A model generated the notes under the pieces. It saw nothing but the letters and a program-made list of their open reading frames with translations. It was not told where the DNA came from and made no database searches. Below, piece by piece: positions 12,660-24,836 of a stretch of 64,000 nt of DNA (the stretch's first letter is position 1; each line of letters opens with the position of its first letter). Where the stretch lies: assembly GCA_020891255.1 (NCBI GenBank), contig BQFW01000002.1, positions 2,976,001 through 3,040,000 on the forward strand. The letters are read 5' to 3'. The translations under genes and the position numbers were made by a program. Origin of the DNA: Entomortierella parvispora E1425 (lineage: Eukaryota > Fungi > Mortierellomycota).

Positions 12660-14491
12660 ATGAACTCCAAGCAGCTTAACGTTTCGCAGCCTGTCCCTCA
12701 AAATCCAGATGTTACTATCTGCTTGCCAATGCTCGAGATGGCATGTAATAGTGCACCGCAGTATGGGTATGATCCAGATGTCACTATGGCCGAACAAAAC
12801 CCTTTTTCAAGCCCGTTTCTGGAAAACACTGCGGCCCCAGAGAGTTTTCGCTTTGAGGAGACACTCTTCACGGAACTGTGCTTCTTGCCGTCGAGCTTCA
12901 TGCGGTCTGGCTACCGGGATTCCCCAAGACAGCTCCAATCATCTGGGCCTGCACTCTTTTTTTGCGATGCTCTGATGCCCACGGCCGACCGGGTTGGTCA
13001 ACTCTTTCAACTTCCCAACGGTGGGAGCAGTTATTTTTCCTCATCCCTTGGAGCCAACAAAGAGCAAACTGTGCCATTTCCAAGATACACGTCTCCACCA
13101 TTAGCTTCGATGACAGGGCTTGCCTCTTCCTTGACGCAGCCGACACCCCAGATCGCACGTGCAGCGCAGAAGTCGCTCCGGATCTTTGCTCCTAGCTCTT
13201 CCTCCATATTGTCGTCGCACCTTGCTTCACCTTTGCCATCCCCCCAGCAATTTTCACCACAGCCACCTCACCAAGACCGCCAAGATCCAAGTTTCTATAA
13301 CGTTCTTGCAGCCCATGGTTATACTGAGCCCAACTATGTCTCTCCATGCGATACTTCCATGATGCATCATCAAACCGTCCCCGAGATGCTTTCACCAGCC
13401 CCTGACCAAGGGGTTTTTGAAATGACTTTGGAGGAGCACAGTGGTCATCCTGAGAGCCGCTACACAAACTCCACCCTTGGCCATCAGTCGAGCACCCTCC
13501 CCAGTCTCTGTGGCTACCAAGGACCGCTCCTTTCCTTTGAAAGAATCCAAACAGCTCCTTTGGCCACAAGTCTCTCTCCCGTGTCTCCCTCTTCGTCGTC
13601 TAGAATTTCTACTATCACAGCGACAGGACACAATATGGGAGGGCTCTTTCCACCTATTGCCATGTCTATCGGCAATCATCGAAGGGCCATTGAGCCCACG
13701 GACCAAGTCCTGTCTTCATCCTGGACTTCGGCCTCTTCCATTTCATCTCCTTCAGTCTCACCCATCATCACCTCCAACTGCACCATCCCAGCACAGCCTT
13801 CGCCTCTTAAACGACATTTCAAATCTTTGGAATCAGATTCAGAGTGTGATGAGCTAAAGGGTATCGACGATGACGATGCAGAAGGTGAAGCCATGAGGAT
13901 TGCTGCTGATAGCTCGAAGCGGAAGCGAAATCGCAAGCCTGTGGTGAAAACCAAGCCCAAGAACAAGGCCCCCGTTGTCAAGCTCAAGGTAACTTTTAGT
14001 TTTGTTCTTTTGTTGAAGAGAGGAATGAGAGCAGGAGGAGTGAAATAGAGAAGTGAGATGGAGGTTTGGAATGTCCTTGTCTTCTTGTCTAACTTTGTGC
14101 TTTGCGTTTGCTCTCCCATTGTATCCGCTTGATTTAGTGCTCTTATCCGGGTTGCATCATTACCTGTGCAAGTCAACCGTCGTTGGCCAGGCATGCAGAG
14201 GCCCACAAGTGGCGTGGGTTGTACGCTCCGGTGCGCTGTGAGGCTTGTCAGAGCGCACTCTCGAATGAGTTCTCGGTCCAGCGTCATATCCTGCGATCCC
14301 GACCGTCCTCGCTCTGTCGCCAGTTGAGAGTGTACAGCATCATGCGATCCGACATTGAGATCGAGTCCACGGTACGGTTCTTTCCAAAACGACCCCATGG
14401 AAAAAAGACGGTTGAGATCGACATTGCTCATGCCATAGAACGGCATCGGGGTCTGTTGAAGGAGCAATACAAAGCGACAGGTCAATGCTAG
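12660..14491 (+). CDS. Zinc-finger transcription factor A (C2H2 + C2HC fingers, long S/P/Q-rich N-terminus)
   Basis: Exon 12660-13988, phase-0 intron 13989-14137, exon 14138-14491. Fingers CSYPGCIITCASQPSLARHAEAH and CEACQSALSNEFSVQRHILRSRPSSLC; basic NLS-like KRKRNRK before the fingers. Confidence 0.82.
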
Positions 14492-14955
14492 GGACGAGTT
14501 GGGGAGTTGGTTGATATTCTTTGGTAGTTTTCTTTTTTTTTTTTTCTTTCATAGAAGTTTTGGTACCATCCATATAGAAAGTTTCTTTGTTGCCTTTTCA
14601 AAATAAAGCATTGCGCATACCCTCCACGGTCATGACAAAGTGCTGTCCAAGAAAGATAGTTTTCGCGGAAGAACACAATCGACCAAAGGGTGAGCACCCA
14701 AATGCATAGGAGAAATAAAGTTGGTGGCGCATCTCATTTCTCTTACGGGGCAACGCTGATTCCCATGCCATCCTGACTGGACAATAGCGTCGTGAAGATG
14801 ACCGCATCCAGTTCCACTCTACAGCGTCGAGAGAAGAACCCTGTAGAACCAGCTATTGTTTGGTGCCGGAAGCAATGGTACTCCTTGGACCCCGTTTGAA
14901 ACGACCGCCCTGACCTGGGTCACTCGACTTTTATCTGCTCTGCATTGCATTGCTT

Positions 14956-14962
14956 TATAAAG
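14956..14962 (+). promoter_or_regulatory. TATA box of the LPMO-like gene
   Basis: TATAAAG 89 nt upstream of ATG 15045. Confidence 0.55.
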
Positions 14963-15044
14963 TCTTCCTTTCGGTGTTGCTTGATCGCATTTACGAACCG
15001 CCTTCTCTACCGCCTAGCCTCTATCCTATATTCTTCTAAACATC

Positions 15045-15701
15045 ATGCGCACAAAAATGTCTTCAAGGGCCCTGAGCTCTGCCCTATTAGCCCTGTGTTT
15101 GACCTCTAGCATTCAACTGGTCTCTGCGCACAGCTGGCTGGACTGCACAAACATGGGTCCCGATGGTTGTGCAGGCTACCCCCTTGGCTACCCTGGCCGA
15201 CAGGATGTAGATATCAATACCAAATACACCTATCTAGTACAAGAACGCCGACCCGATGCGCCTGTGTGTCAGCCAGGTCGGCAAGATATTCCAGGTAGCA
15301 ACCCCTTTCAAGTTGCCTCTGTCACCCCTGGTCAAAATTTACATCTGACGTGGCAGCCGGACGGACATTTGGACGACGCGAACCCCTCAACAATTGAGGT
15401 TCATTGGACCGGAGTGCCGGGCCAGCAGCTTCATGTCCGATCTGAACTTACCCCTGCTACGCTGCTGGGCACGATGGTCTTTGGAACATCGGCCAATTGC
15501 GATCAGCCCTCGGAACCCAATACGTGGTGTCACGGTCACATCACCATCCCGGCCATGACAGCTCCGGGTATTTATCAAGCAGTGTGGTGGTGGAAGTATG
15601 ACCGGAACCCGCACGGGGAGGAATATTCAACTTGTTTCGAGTTGAATGTGCAACCTGCCCCTCCTTTGAAGAAGAGGAGGATCTCAGGACCACAGTTTTA
15701 A
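15045..15701 (+). CDS. Secreted His1 LPMO-like (putative histidine-brace copper) protein, intronless
   Basis: Hydrophobic signal ending VSA followed by H-S-W-L-D-C, so mature residue 1 would be His. Second His in TWQPDGH; C-terminal GIYQAVWWW...EEYSTCFELNV resembles the LPMO W...Y-x-x-C-x-D/E-V strand; six Cys in the mature part. Confidence 0.65.
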   Translation: MRTKMSSRALSSALLALCLTSSIQLVSAHSWLDCTNMGPDGCAGYPLGYPGRQDVDINTKYTYLVQERRPDAPVCQPGRQDIPGSNPFQVASVTPGQNLHLTWQPDGHLDDANPSTIEVHWTGVPGQQLHVRSELTPATLLGTMVFGTSANCDQPSEPNTWCHGHITIPAMTAPGIYQAVWWWKYDRNPHGEEYSTCFELNVQPAPPLKKRRISGPQF

Positions 15702-17078
15702 AAAAAAAATCATAGGAACTCGACGCACTGAATTAAACACTCCATGGCTTTCTGGCCATGTTTGTCAAGTGTAGGTAGTAGTTTACTGTGACGAGTGTTA
15801 TTGGCATGCACGATGTGGCCGTTCAACTTCGTTTTAGTATTACAAGACAGCACCCGATGTATAATCCAACCAAAATTGGAGATTTTTTTCTTCTTTACAT
15901 CACGTCCAAGGAGCCAGGCAATCAGGGGTGTCATGCTTGGTGGAGACAGAGAATAAGAGTCCTCCACTAGCCATATTCAGGCATCGACGGATCTGTTTAG
16001 GACGATCGGAATTGCAGCAACCTCCTTGCCTTAAAATAGTCTCCCAGCCTCTTTCGCAAAGGCCAAAAACAGCACGACCTTTTGTTTCGATTGCCGCGCA
16101 AATGTCATTCCAGAGCAACGGTGAGAGAGCAGGAAACCTTTTTCAAAGAGGAATAAGAGAGAGATCACCGACTCTATGTCTACAGCCCACCTGTGGTGGT
16201 AGCAAGAGTAAACGAATGCTCAGAGTGCCCTACGGCATTAAAAAAAAAAAAAAAGCGAGGATCCAGAGCCCACGATTCACTGCAGTCTCTCGTGGTAAAG
16301 TGAGAGCAATGGCCTGTTGGGGTTCCCCGACCTCCAGTCTCCAAGACCACATAGACACGAAACAATCGAAGAGGGGGGGATTAAACGTAAAGTGCAGTAC
16401 GGGACGCGACTACAATCGTCAGGACAGGGTCTTCCCGGGGCCACTCCTGTCAACAGACCATCAGCGTGATGCCCGATTTCCCGTAGCTTCTTTCGGCGGT
16501 TTTGGGTAATGTCGGCTGCAATACCCCGAAACGGAGAATCGAAACAGAAGGCGCTATATTCGGCGGAATGGACACAACTCTTGCCCATGTCTCGTACCTA
16601 GCCACTTCCGCACAAGATAAGGAACTTGGACCAAAAACAGCTATGGCGAAGGAAAACAAGAGGCCCGGAGGCCAAGTACCTTATTTTCTACCTGTCTGTG
16701 AGCGAGAATAGCTGAGAGAACAGCAATTCACAACCATGTATGGGCCAACTCAGCCAGCAAGTGCACTCGATGGTCATTGTGTTGAAAACACTGGCATCCA
16801 TTTGTTCGACACTTAAATACAGTGACCTGCACTTATCCGTCTATAATCTGTTCGTCGCTCTTTCATTCTTCGTCTTCGATTGTGTCTTTTCAGAATACGA
16901 CTCTTTGTCATCCTACACAACGACACAAAAACACACCGATCCCAACATAACACAAATACAACCCTCGGCCGTCCTGTACGTCAACCATCTGGATCTCTTT
17001 CAACTTCCTTGGTGCTACCTTTGCTGACCAATATTCACTCAACATCCTGTCACCAACTAAAAAAAGATCTCATAACAA

Positions 17079-18860
17079 ATGGACCCCTCCTACTCCATCA
17101 ACACGAATGGGTTCATCTATACGCCGCTGTCAGATGAAGGACATATCACCAGTTCTGGCTCTCCCATCACTTCTTGGCCATCATACGACGGCACCCAGGG
17201 ATATCTTGTTTCCCAGGCAGACTATTCAAACTACAATCGACATTTGCAGTTGCAACAGCACGAATTTAACTTGCAGCACAACGTTGGCTTTACAGTTGTC
17301 CATCCGGACCAAATCGAGCAGGAGCCGCTGTCCTCTTTTGCTTCATCTTCCCTTTGGTCACATATTTCACCTTTGATCCCTCCCACTTCTTCGCCCTTGT
17401 CAATTTCTTCGTCACGACACCCTCTGGACCTCACACCTATTGACACCAAGAATCTCTCTATTTCATCCATGGACCTGTTGCATCCTTCTCCCGAACATCT
17501 TCATGGCGCCAGTACAGACGACTTTGGTTTCAACTCAAACAACCTCACATCTTTTCTCAACATCCAATCCGCTGCAACTTTGAGTCGATCGTCCAGTCCG
17601 ACTTCAAATGGCTGCATCGATCCTGCTGCCCTATTGTTAAAACAAGACCCTTCTCTGATGACTCATGGCACCTCCACAATATCTGCATCCTCCTGCTTTT
17701 CTACTCCCGAGAGCCGTCGTTTATCCTCCTTTTCGATCTCGGGGGGTCTAGAAGAGGATACGACCTTCTCCGACGCGATCTCTGCCTACGAATCGGCACG
17801 GAAAAACTGGACCTCCTCCTCTTCCTCAAATCGAAGCGTTCCATCAACACCTGACCCATCTGAGGGCTGGAATGGTTGCTCTGTTTACGCCCCCGATCTC
17901 ATGCTGGCGGATGGGACATTGCTTCGATTCGATGGTCGATCTCTTGTACCGGCTCTATCAACTTGCTCTCCCATTGATTTTACAGTCACCGATGATTCTT
18001 TTGTTCCCTCTTCAGAGAGGGAAATTGCTTGCCCTCAAGCGATCACCCTGAACCCTGCCAACCTAATGCACTCGAACGCGGATATCTCTCTGATGATGCC
18101 CTCGTACATTCCCTACGCCGAGTTTTCGCAACTGGGCATTGACGTGGCGGGTCAGGGTTCATCCTCATCAATGATGAATCCAACTGATCCTACTCTCCTC
18201 AGTGATTCTCCTCCCCACAATGGACAGCAGATGCCAGTGTATTCTCTTACCTCGACATCGTCCCCTCTCCGTCCAAGTGTATCCTCGACAGACCACCGCC
18301 TAAAGCACAAGAAAACGGCCTCACTACGTAAATCAGCCTTTGAGGATAGAAGGCGCCGTGGCTCGACGGACTCTGCCTACCACTCGTCGTCGTCGTCGTC
18401 CTCCACCACCATGAAGCCTCGTGCCTCCTCGTCCTCCATGTCCAACAGTTTCGACAGCAATAGCAATAGCAATAGCAACAACAGCAGCAGTAGCAACAGA
18501 TACCGCAAGGACGGTGTAGGCGAATTCAAATGTCCTTTTGAAGGATGCGACTACCATTACAACCTTCGCCGCGAATTGAACCGTCATCGAAACGTCCATG
18601 TCTTTGCAGGTCGAGACAAGTACCGGTGTATGAATTGCAACTCTGGACTCTGCCGGTTGGATTCTGTCAAGAGGCACATGGAAGCCAAGGGCAAGAGCGA
18701 GTGTTTGAAACGTGGACTTTATCAAGAGTTCCGAGAGGATGGCGAGTTGGCCCGGGTCCGGCACTGCAAACCGAGTTGGTACGAGGGCGCGGCAGCTGTG
18801 GCGGCGGCAGCAGCAGCAGCCTCAGCTGCCGCTTTGGAAGCGCGTCGTCGTCGAAAATGA
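17079..18860 (+). CDS. Zinc-finger transcription factor B (C2H2 + C2HC fingers), intronless
   Basis: 593-aa ORF with Ser-rich N-terminus; FKCPFEGCDYHYNLRRELNRHRNVH and YRCMNCNSGLCRLDSVKRHMEAKGKSEC; C-terminal poly-Ala and RRRRK. Confidence 0.88.
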   Translation: MDPSYSINTNGFIYTPLSDEGHITSSGSPITSWPSYDGTQGYLVSQADYSNYNRHLQLQQHEFNLQHNVGFTVVHPDQIEQEPLSSFASSSLWSHISPLIPPTSSPLSISSSRHPLDLTPIDTKNLSISSMDLLHPSPEHLHGASTDDFGFNSNNLTSFLNIQSAATLSRSSSPTSNGCIDPAALLLKQDPSLMTHGTSTISASSCFSTPESRRLSSFSISGGLEEDTTFSDAISAYESARKNWTSSSSSNRSVPSTPDPSEGWNGCSVYAPDLMLADGTLLRFDGRSLVPALSTCSPIDFTVTDDSFVPSSEREIACPQAITLNPANLMHSNADISLMMPSYIPYAEFSQLGIDVAGQGSSSSMMNPTDPTLLSDSPPHNGQQMPVYSLTSTSSPLRPSVSSTDHRLKHKKTASLRKSAFEDRRRRGSTDSAYHSSSSSSSTTMKPRASSSSMSNSFDSNSNSNSNNSSSSNRYRKDGVGEFKCPFEGCDYHYNLRRELNRHRNVHVFAGRDKYRCMNCNSGLCRLDSVKRHMEAKGKSECLKRGLYQEFREDGELARVRHCKPSWYEGAAAVAAAAAAASAAALEARRRRK

Positions 18861-20026
18861 TTAGCTACTTTTTTTTTTTTTTACTATCTATCTCCATCCC
18901 TCTTTCTATCCATCGACTCTCATCTCTTTCTCGTCATCTCTTTAGCGAGTTGCACGCGCGCGAACTTGCCACTTGTATATACAAATAGAAGGTTTCCTGT
19001 CTGTCTGCGTTATAAAAAAAACCTCCGAGGTTGCATGAGAAAAGAGTCCGCTGAACAGAAAAGAGATTGAGTTGAAAAAAAAAGAGTAGCTCGCCGTGGC
19101 ACTCGAGGACAAGGATGGCTGGCTCTCTACATGTATTCAGTACTTTGTTTTTTTTCTCTCTTTCTTCTTTCTCTCTCTCTCTCGCGTGCGCTCTCTTCCT
19201 CTTTTCCTCTCCGCCCGCATCTAGTAGTGCATGTACTCTTCAAGTGTCAAGTGAAACGGTTAAACCAAAGAGTTGCGCCATTATTTATCGTTCGTGTATC
19301 CCTTGAATCCTCTTCTTTGTCCTCTCCCTCTCACTCTCTTTTTTCTTGACCACCTTCGTTTTTTGTACTCTCTTTCTTCAGTGGGATCGTCTTTGAGGTA
19401 CGCGTTACAATACAAAAGGGCTGACATATCTCAATTGCCCTCCAAAAGTTCGCGTGAACACAAAGTACCTGTTTGTCCCCGACACTTAAAACAAAAACGC
19501 GCACAAACATTGTTTTTTCCCCTGGATTGTTAGTGCCGTTAGCAAAAACACAGCAAATCTGTTGTACTCCTCCTCGTCTCTTTTCCCTCTGTTCTCTCTC
19601 TCTCGCTCTCTCGCTCTCTCTGTTCTCTCTTACCCTCAGCCCGCGCTCTCTTTGTGCAAACGTGTGTCCGCTCTCCACTCTTTTTTTTCTTTCTCCGAAA
19701 CAAATTCTTCGGGTCTTCTTTTTGAGGTCCAAAGTTCACGGACCTTGCGAGCCTCCTGGATTTTTTTTTTTTTTTGAGGTGAATAACATTCTTCTCAGAA
19801 ACAACAATTGGTCAGAAAAGAGGCACACAAAGTGCGCTGGTTATGCAGGGGTAGGTAGGAGTCTGAGGGGGTGGTGGTGGTGGAAGGTCGGAGTGGTTGC
19901 GGATGGATGCACAATGTGGGCGGCAAGCCTCGTTTTCGGCTGAGACTTTTCAAGCCTTCCAAAGTTTACCCTCGATTCTCATTCCTGCTGCAGAGAGCGT
20001 GGGTGCTCTTGAAGCTCTCTACTTTA

Positions 20027-20103
20027 CTTGCTTTTGCATGCACGTTTCCACACTTGCTCGCCTGCATTGCTCGCTTGCATGGCTTGCTTGCTTGCATGCA
20101 TGT
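20027..20103. repeat. Degenerate (TGCA/TGCT) short-period repeat
   Basis: cttgcttttgcatgcacg...gcttgcatggcttgcttgcttgcatgcatg: dense TGC(A/T) units in intergenic DNA. Confidence 0.6.
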
Positions 20104-23100
20104 TTGCTCTCTCCTTTTCTCCCTCTCTTTTTTTTGTCTCTTTTTTTTCCCTCCATCTTTTTGAGAGATTGGCACCAGACCACGTCTGTATGTCTGTACC
20201 TGTGTTCGCTTGGGGTGTGGTGGTCACAGAAACACATGGTCAACGGGCGTCGACCTTTGGGTTCCACTAATGTTTTCTGACACAACTGACTATTTTGTTT
20301 CCCTCCCTGAACAGCCCGTCCAATATTCTTTAGGTTGCTCAGGGGCAAAGAAAGTAAGAGTACGTTGGGGCAGAGCAGGGTACCAGGGTACTGTAGGAGA
20401 AGGAAATAGAGGAATGGAGGGGAGGCGGAGAGGCCAAGCGCGAAAAAGCTCAATACGAGTGGTGGCCTCTTGGAGGCGCCACATGATGACACAGCACAAA
20501 TATACCCCCCACAACCCCACGCTTTAGTTCAGATGCCTTCAAAGTCATGGCGCCCAAAAAAACGCCATATCGCCGCCAATTGCAGGTGGGGACCAATGGG
20601 TCGCAATCGGGGATCAAGAAGAGCTTTAGAAGGGTCCATGCTCACTCCTCCCCCTTGTTCCTTTTTTTTTCTCTCCGAGCCCGAGAGCCGTTCCACCAAC
20701 ATCAAAAAAAAGAGAGGGAAGAGCAATTGACTTTGTCTTCAAGGCATCTTTTGAAAAAAACATGGCGCGCTCGCTTGCGCGCATCCGAGAGTTTCAACGG
20801 CCAAAATGCGGAGGAGTACAAAGGACAGAAAATGCAGCGGCTTTGATTCGTGTTCACGAGGAATGTTTAAAGGCCGATGTTTCCCTCAAACATCGAGACT
20901 TATAGAGTTTAGGTACGTATCTCTCTTACCCCCGTCGCTCTCCTCTCAAATCCTGGTCCTCCGCGGGCGAACGGGCGAACGGACGGACGTGATGGACGCT
21001 TGGACAGAGCGGTCAACACCACCCCTCTAGCTCAAATTTGCCAAGCAGCGAATCAAAACAGCAGAAACTTAACTATGTTCGGGCCATGTTTTTTTTTGGA
21101 AGACAAGACGGCCCCCAATACAAACAAGAACAAACGACAATCTATCAGGTCCGTTCTCATCTTCAATTGCTAAGAAAACAATAGCACTGTGCTCTATTGA
21201 AAGAGGACAATCGCTTCTATCTAGCTCAGTTAGCTGTCTTTATGTTGCTGCTTGCCGCACATATCTACCCTTTGTTTGTCGGTTGTTTATGTTCTGAGCA
21301 AATACACACAACTAAATCTCGTACGACTGGACCTGATAGCGCGGGCGGGCATGATTTTTTTTTTTGGGTGACAAGGATCTGTTTTCTCGTCAGTATATTC
21401 AAGAAAGAGTTTCAAGATGGAATTGGCTCAAGGTGTGCCGGCGCATGGTTCAATGGAAGAACAAAAAAAAGAGTTCTTCGGAAGACAGAAAAATGGCGCG
21501 TACCTGAAGGGAACCCATCACACAAAGATTTTTTTTTTTGTTTTTGCCGCGTGTGTCAGGTTCAGGTACGAGCAACCACAGCGAGAGCTCTTGCATGCAT
21601 CCTGTTGTCCAAGGGCAATTAAGCCAATTGCGCATCTGACAACGTTCCAATGGGGTGTAAGAAGGAAGAAGACGCTTGAAGATAGGCAACGATAACAAAA
21701 AACCAGTTTCCAAAGGGTGAACAAGCTCCCAAAAACAAAACATTGGCCCATGGGTCCCAGTTTGACTCTCACTGCAAAACGGCAAGCTGTTCAAAGAGAA
21801 CATGCCTTTCGGCTGTGCTCACACTCCACTCGCGACCAAGATTTCTCATCTTTCCCCCCCGCCCTCAACCCTCGGTCCCTCGAGGTCGGCGTCTAGCGAA
21901 ATGACGAATGTCGATTCATGCAATCATCACCCCCTCCGACTTTTCTCCTCCCCCTACCCTCAAGTTACCATCCGCCTTTGGTGGAAATCGCATAAAGGGT
22001 CAATATTTCCCTTCTGGGTTGATGGCGGAAAAAAAAGGTTGCTGTTTAAACGGGAATGAGCTAGGGGGGTGAAGCGAAGAGAGAGAAAAAACATAAACGT
22101 TGAACAACAAAAGAATTTTGTTTTTGTTCGCACAGAGTGCGCAATAGGTTTGCCGTTTCTGCATGAGCAACAAAACCAACTTGCAAACATTCGATAGACA
22201 ACAACAACACAAAATTGCTCTTGCGCTTTGTTGTGAGGTGGTGTCTGTTTTGACTCTTAAGCTGTGCACCGACCAAAAAAATTGAGCAGAATTTTTGAGA
22301 GGAGGGGAAGAGGAAGACTCAAACACTAAATAACACCACAGTTGAGGTACACAGTGCTATGCCGAGGCACGTTCTGTAAATCCATTCAGTCATCGATAGC
22401 TTTGCATGGGCTGCATGGGAGCACAACGGAATGTCATGCTCCCTCTTTTTTTTTTTTCTTTTTTTTTTGCTGCACCAACTTGTATCCTTCCTTAGTGTGC
22501 TCTCAATAAGGACCATTGACCCCTCCTCCTTCTGCCTTTCCCCCCGAGGTCAGTGAGCTTGCTCAGAGCGGAGGTAAAGAAACCCCTACCTTTCTTATTC
22601 CACCAATTGGCCCTGTGCACTCTTTTTTATTTTGCGCGCCAAAAAATTCAGAAATGTGAGAGAGCGTACCAAAATTCACCTAGGTTCGGGGACATTGTTG
22701 CCCTGCCGCCAATGAGTGACGCAGCTGGGCCTTTTTGAAATGTGAACCAAGGAGATTTATTTCCATCTCAACGTATTACCTTCCTTCATGCTGTGTTTGC
22801 GTTTTGCCGTTTTCTCGGTTCACCCCATGGGTCAGGTACAGCAAGGAACGAAAAAGAAGAGGTGACTGAAAAGAATGCGACTGTGCAGACGATTTTTACT
22901 GGCTGGCGCTCGGACATCCGATGAGCAAAGATCAAAGCGCACGAGAAGACCCTGATTGCAGGGGTAGATGGACACACAACGTGAAGAAGGGAAAGGAAGT
23001 CGGAGGGAACAGACAGCAATTGGTTTGTTTGTTTGTATGGGTTTGTGTAACTACACCGGATTTTATATTGGTAGGGTTATTGAATAACCCACTGTAGGGC

Positions 23101-24836
23101 CTGCTGGCCCAAATGGAATGAACCCCCTCGCTGTCTGTCTCCGTCCCCTTTTCGTTACCCTTTCGTCCCTGCCTCCTTAGAAAAGAGCGAGTTAATTTTG
23201 TCGACTGACGCGACGCAGACGCGTTCCTTTCGCGTGGTGAGAGTGGGAGCAGACGATGGTGGGGTGGGAGCAGTGGTAGTTGCGTGGCAAGGAGGACAAT
23301 GGCAGCGTTGAGTGGTGAAGAAAAGGATGAGAAAACAGATAAAAGATGAAGGAAATCAAGTGAAAATTCAAACGAATAGAAATTTGAGCACTCCCATCAA
23401 TAGAGGACCAAGAGTGACACTTTTTGGTGAGGGCGATGGAAGACAAAGGCTTCACCACTGCCACGCATCCACAGTGCCGCAGTTGCAATTGCATTCCACG
23501 AATGGGAAAAAGTGGTTGTTCTTTTCGTAGACATGACGGGACCTTCCATCTTTGTCCGACAATTCTCATCTGTTGATGATCGTTGCAAACAGGGTGGTCC
23601 GCGACCCATGGCCCAACCGAGGAGGACACGGTGGGAGAAAGAAAGGAGAGTTATTTTGAATGCCTCGCCCACCCTTATTGTGCAGTTGAAGAGCAATTGA
23701 ATAAGAGAATGCGTTGTAAAAATCCTAGTTCACATGCCGTCAATCCTGTCTGTACTTTTCCACGGCAATGGTGGACGAGCGAGACGGACACAAGATGCTC
23801 GTGAAATCTCTGCGCCTTGCCCACCATGGTACGAAAAGAGTCATCGTGGTTGCCATCTTGAAACGAAACTGATCGCCCTGCTTTTCCCTCTTTTAGTCTT
23901 GGTCAGTCCTCAAAGATTCAGTGCGAGCCATTGAATGGGGTCACTCGAAGGCTCTCTAGACTTTAAACGTGCGACGTTTACCGTGACTAGAAGAATCGGG
24001 CACAGAATGGACTGAGTAGAACAGGGGCAGTTGAATAGGACTTTTTCGTACTCACTATACTATTTGAAGCCATCTGAGTAAAAGACGGTTTGTTCTGTGC
24101 AAGAGAGCACACGAGGAAAAAACAGTACCTGAGTACCTATGTTGTCCCATAATCTGCATGGACAGCGCACAAAAGCGCTCGAACAACTCTTCCTGGGCAT
24201 CTGTCAACAAAAGGGCAGCACAGTAAACGAAAACGGGCACACAAACATTTTTTCAGTTGTTTTAAGTAGTAGAACAATGGGAGCAAAGCAAAGACCAGGG
24301 CCATGGTCTGATACGGGTCAAAAAAAAAAAAAAAAAAATGCGGCCGAAGGCGAGGACACAGGGGAGCTTTGGCCAACCCTGTGTTTTCCATGCCGCCCTC
24401 TGCACATTGTATAAAGATGCCGACCATCTCTCGTTTTCCTCCAGATTTTTTTCTTCTTTCTTTTCTCTCACTCCCGTTTCTCTTCATCCCTCACTGCACT
24501 CTTCATCCCTCGCAATCGCCCCTCCCTTCACTTTGCTCGCTCACGCCGATAATAATCCTCCGTGTGCTCACCGCAATTGCTTATCACTCATCCTTACATC
24601 TTCCCCTCAACTATCCGTTGTTCCTGACTCTCAACCCAGCACTCGGCTAAGGGGTCACTCACCACACGTTCCAACTATCCTGTCCACTCACCGCTGACAA
24701 CACGGCAATTGAGATTTTTTTTTCTCTTCCCTCGTCACACTTTTGCTTCTTTGATACACACTTTCTGCCCAACTCTTTTTCTCGAGAACTCTGTTTTTCA
24801 CACGAACTGTCGGCCCCGTCTCTCCTTCCCTCGACC

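Noticed and set aside
20547-20846. 99-aa basic ORF (MAPKKTPYRR...)
   Set aside because: It runs through poly-A/poly-T tracts typical of intergenic DNA and has no domain or supporting gene structure. The histone-like start is superficial.
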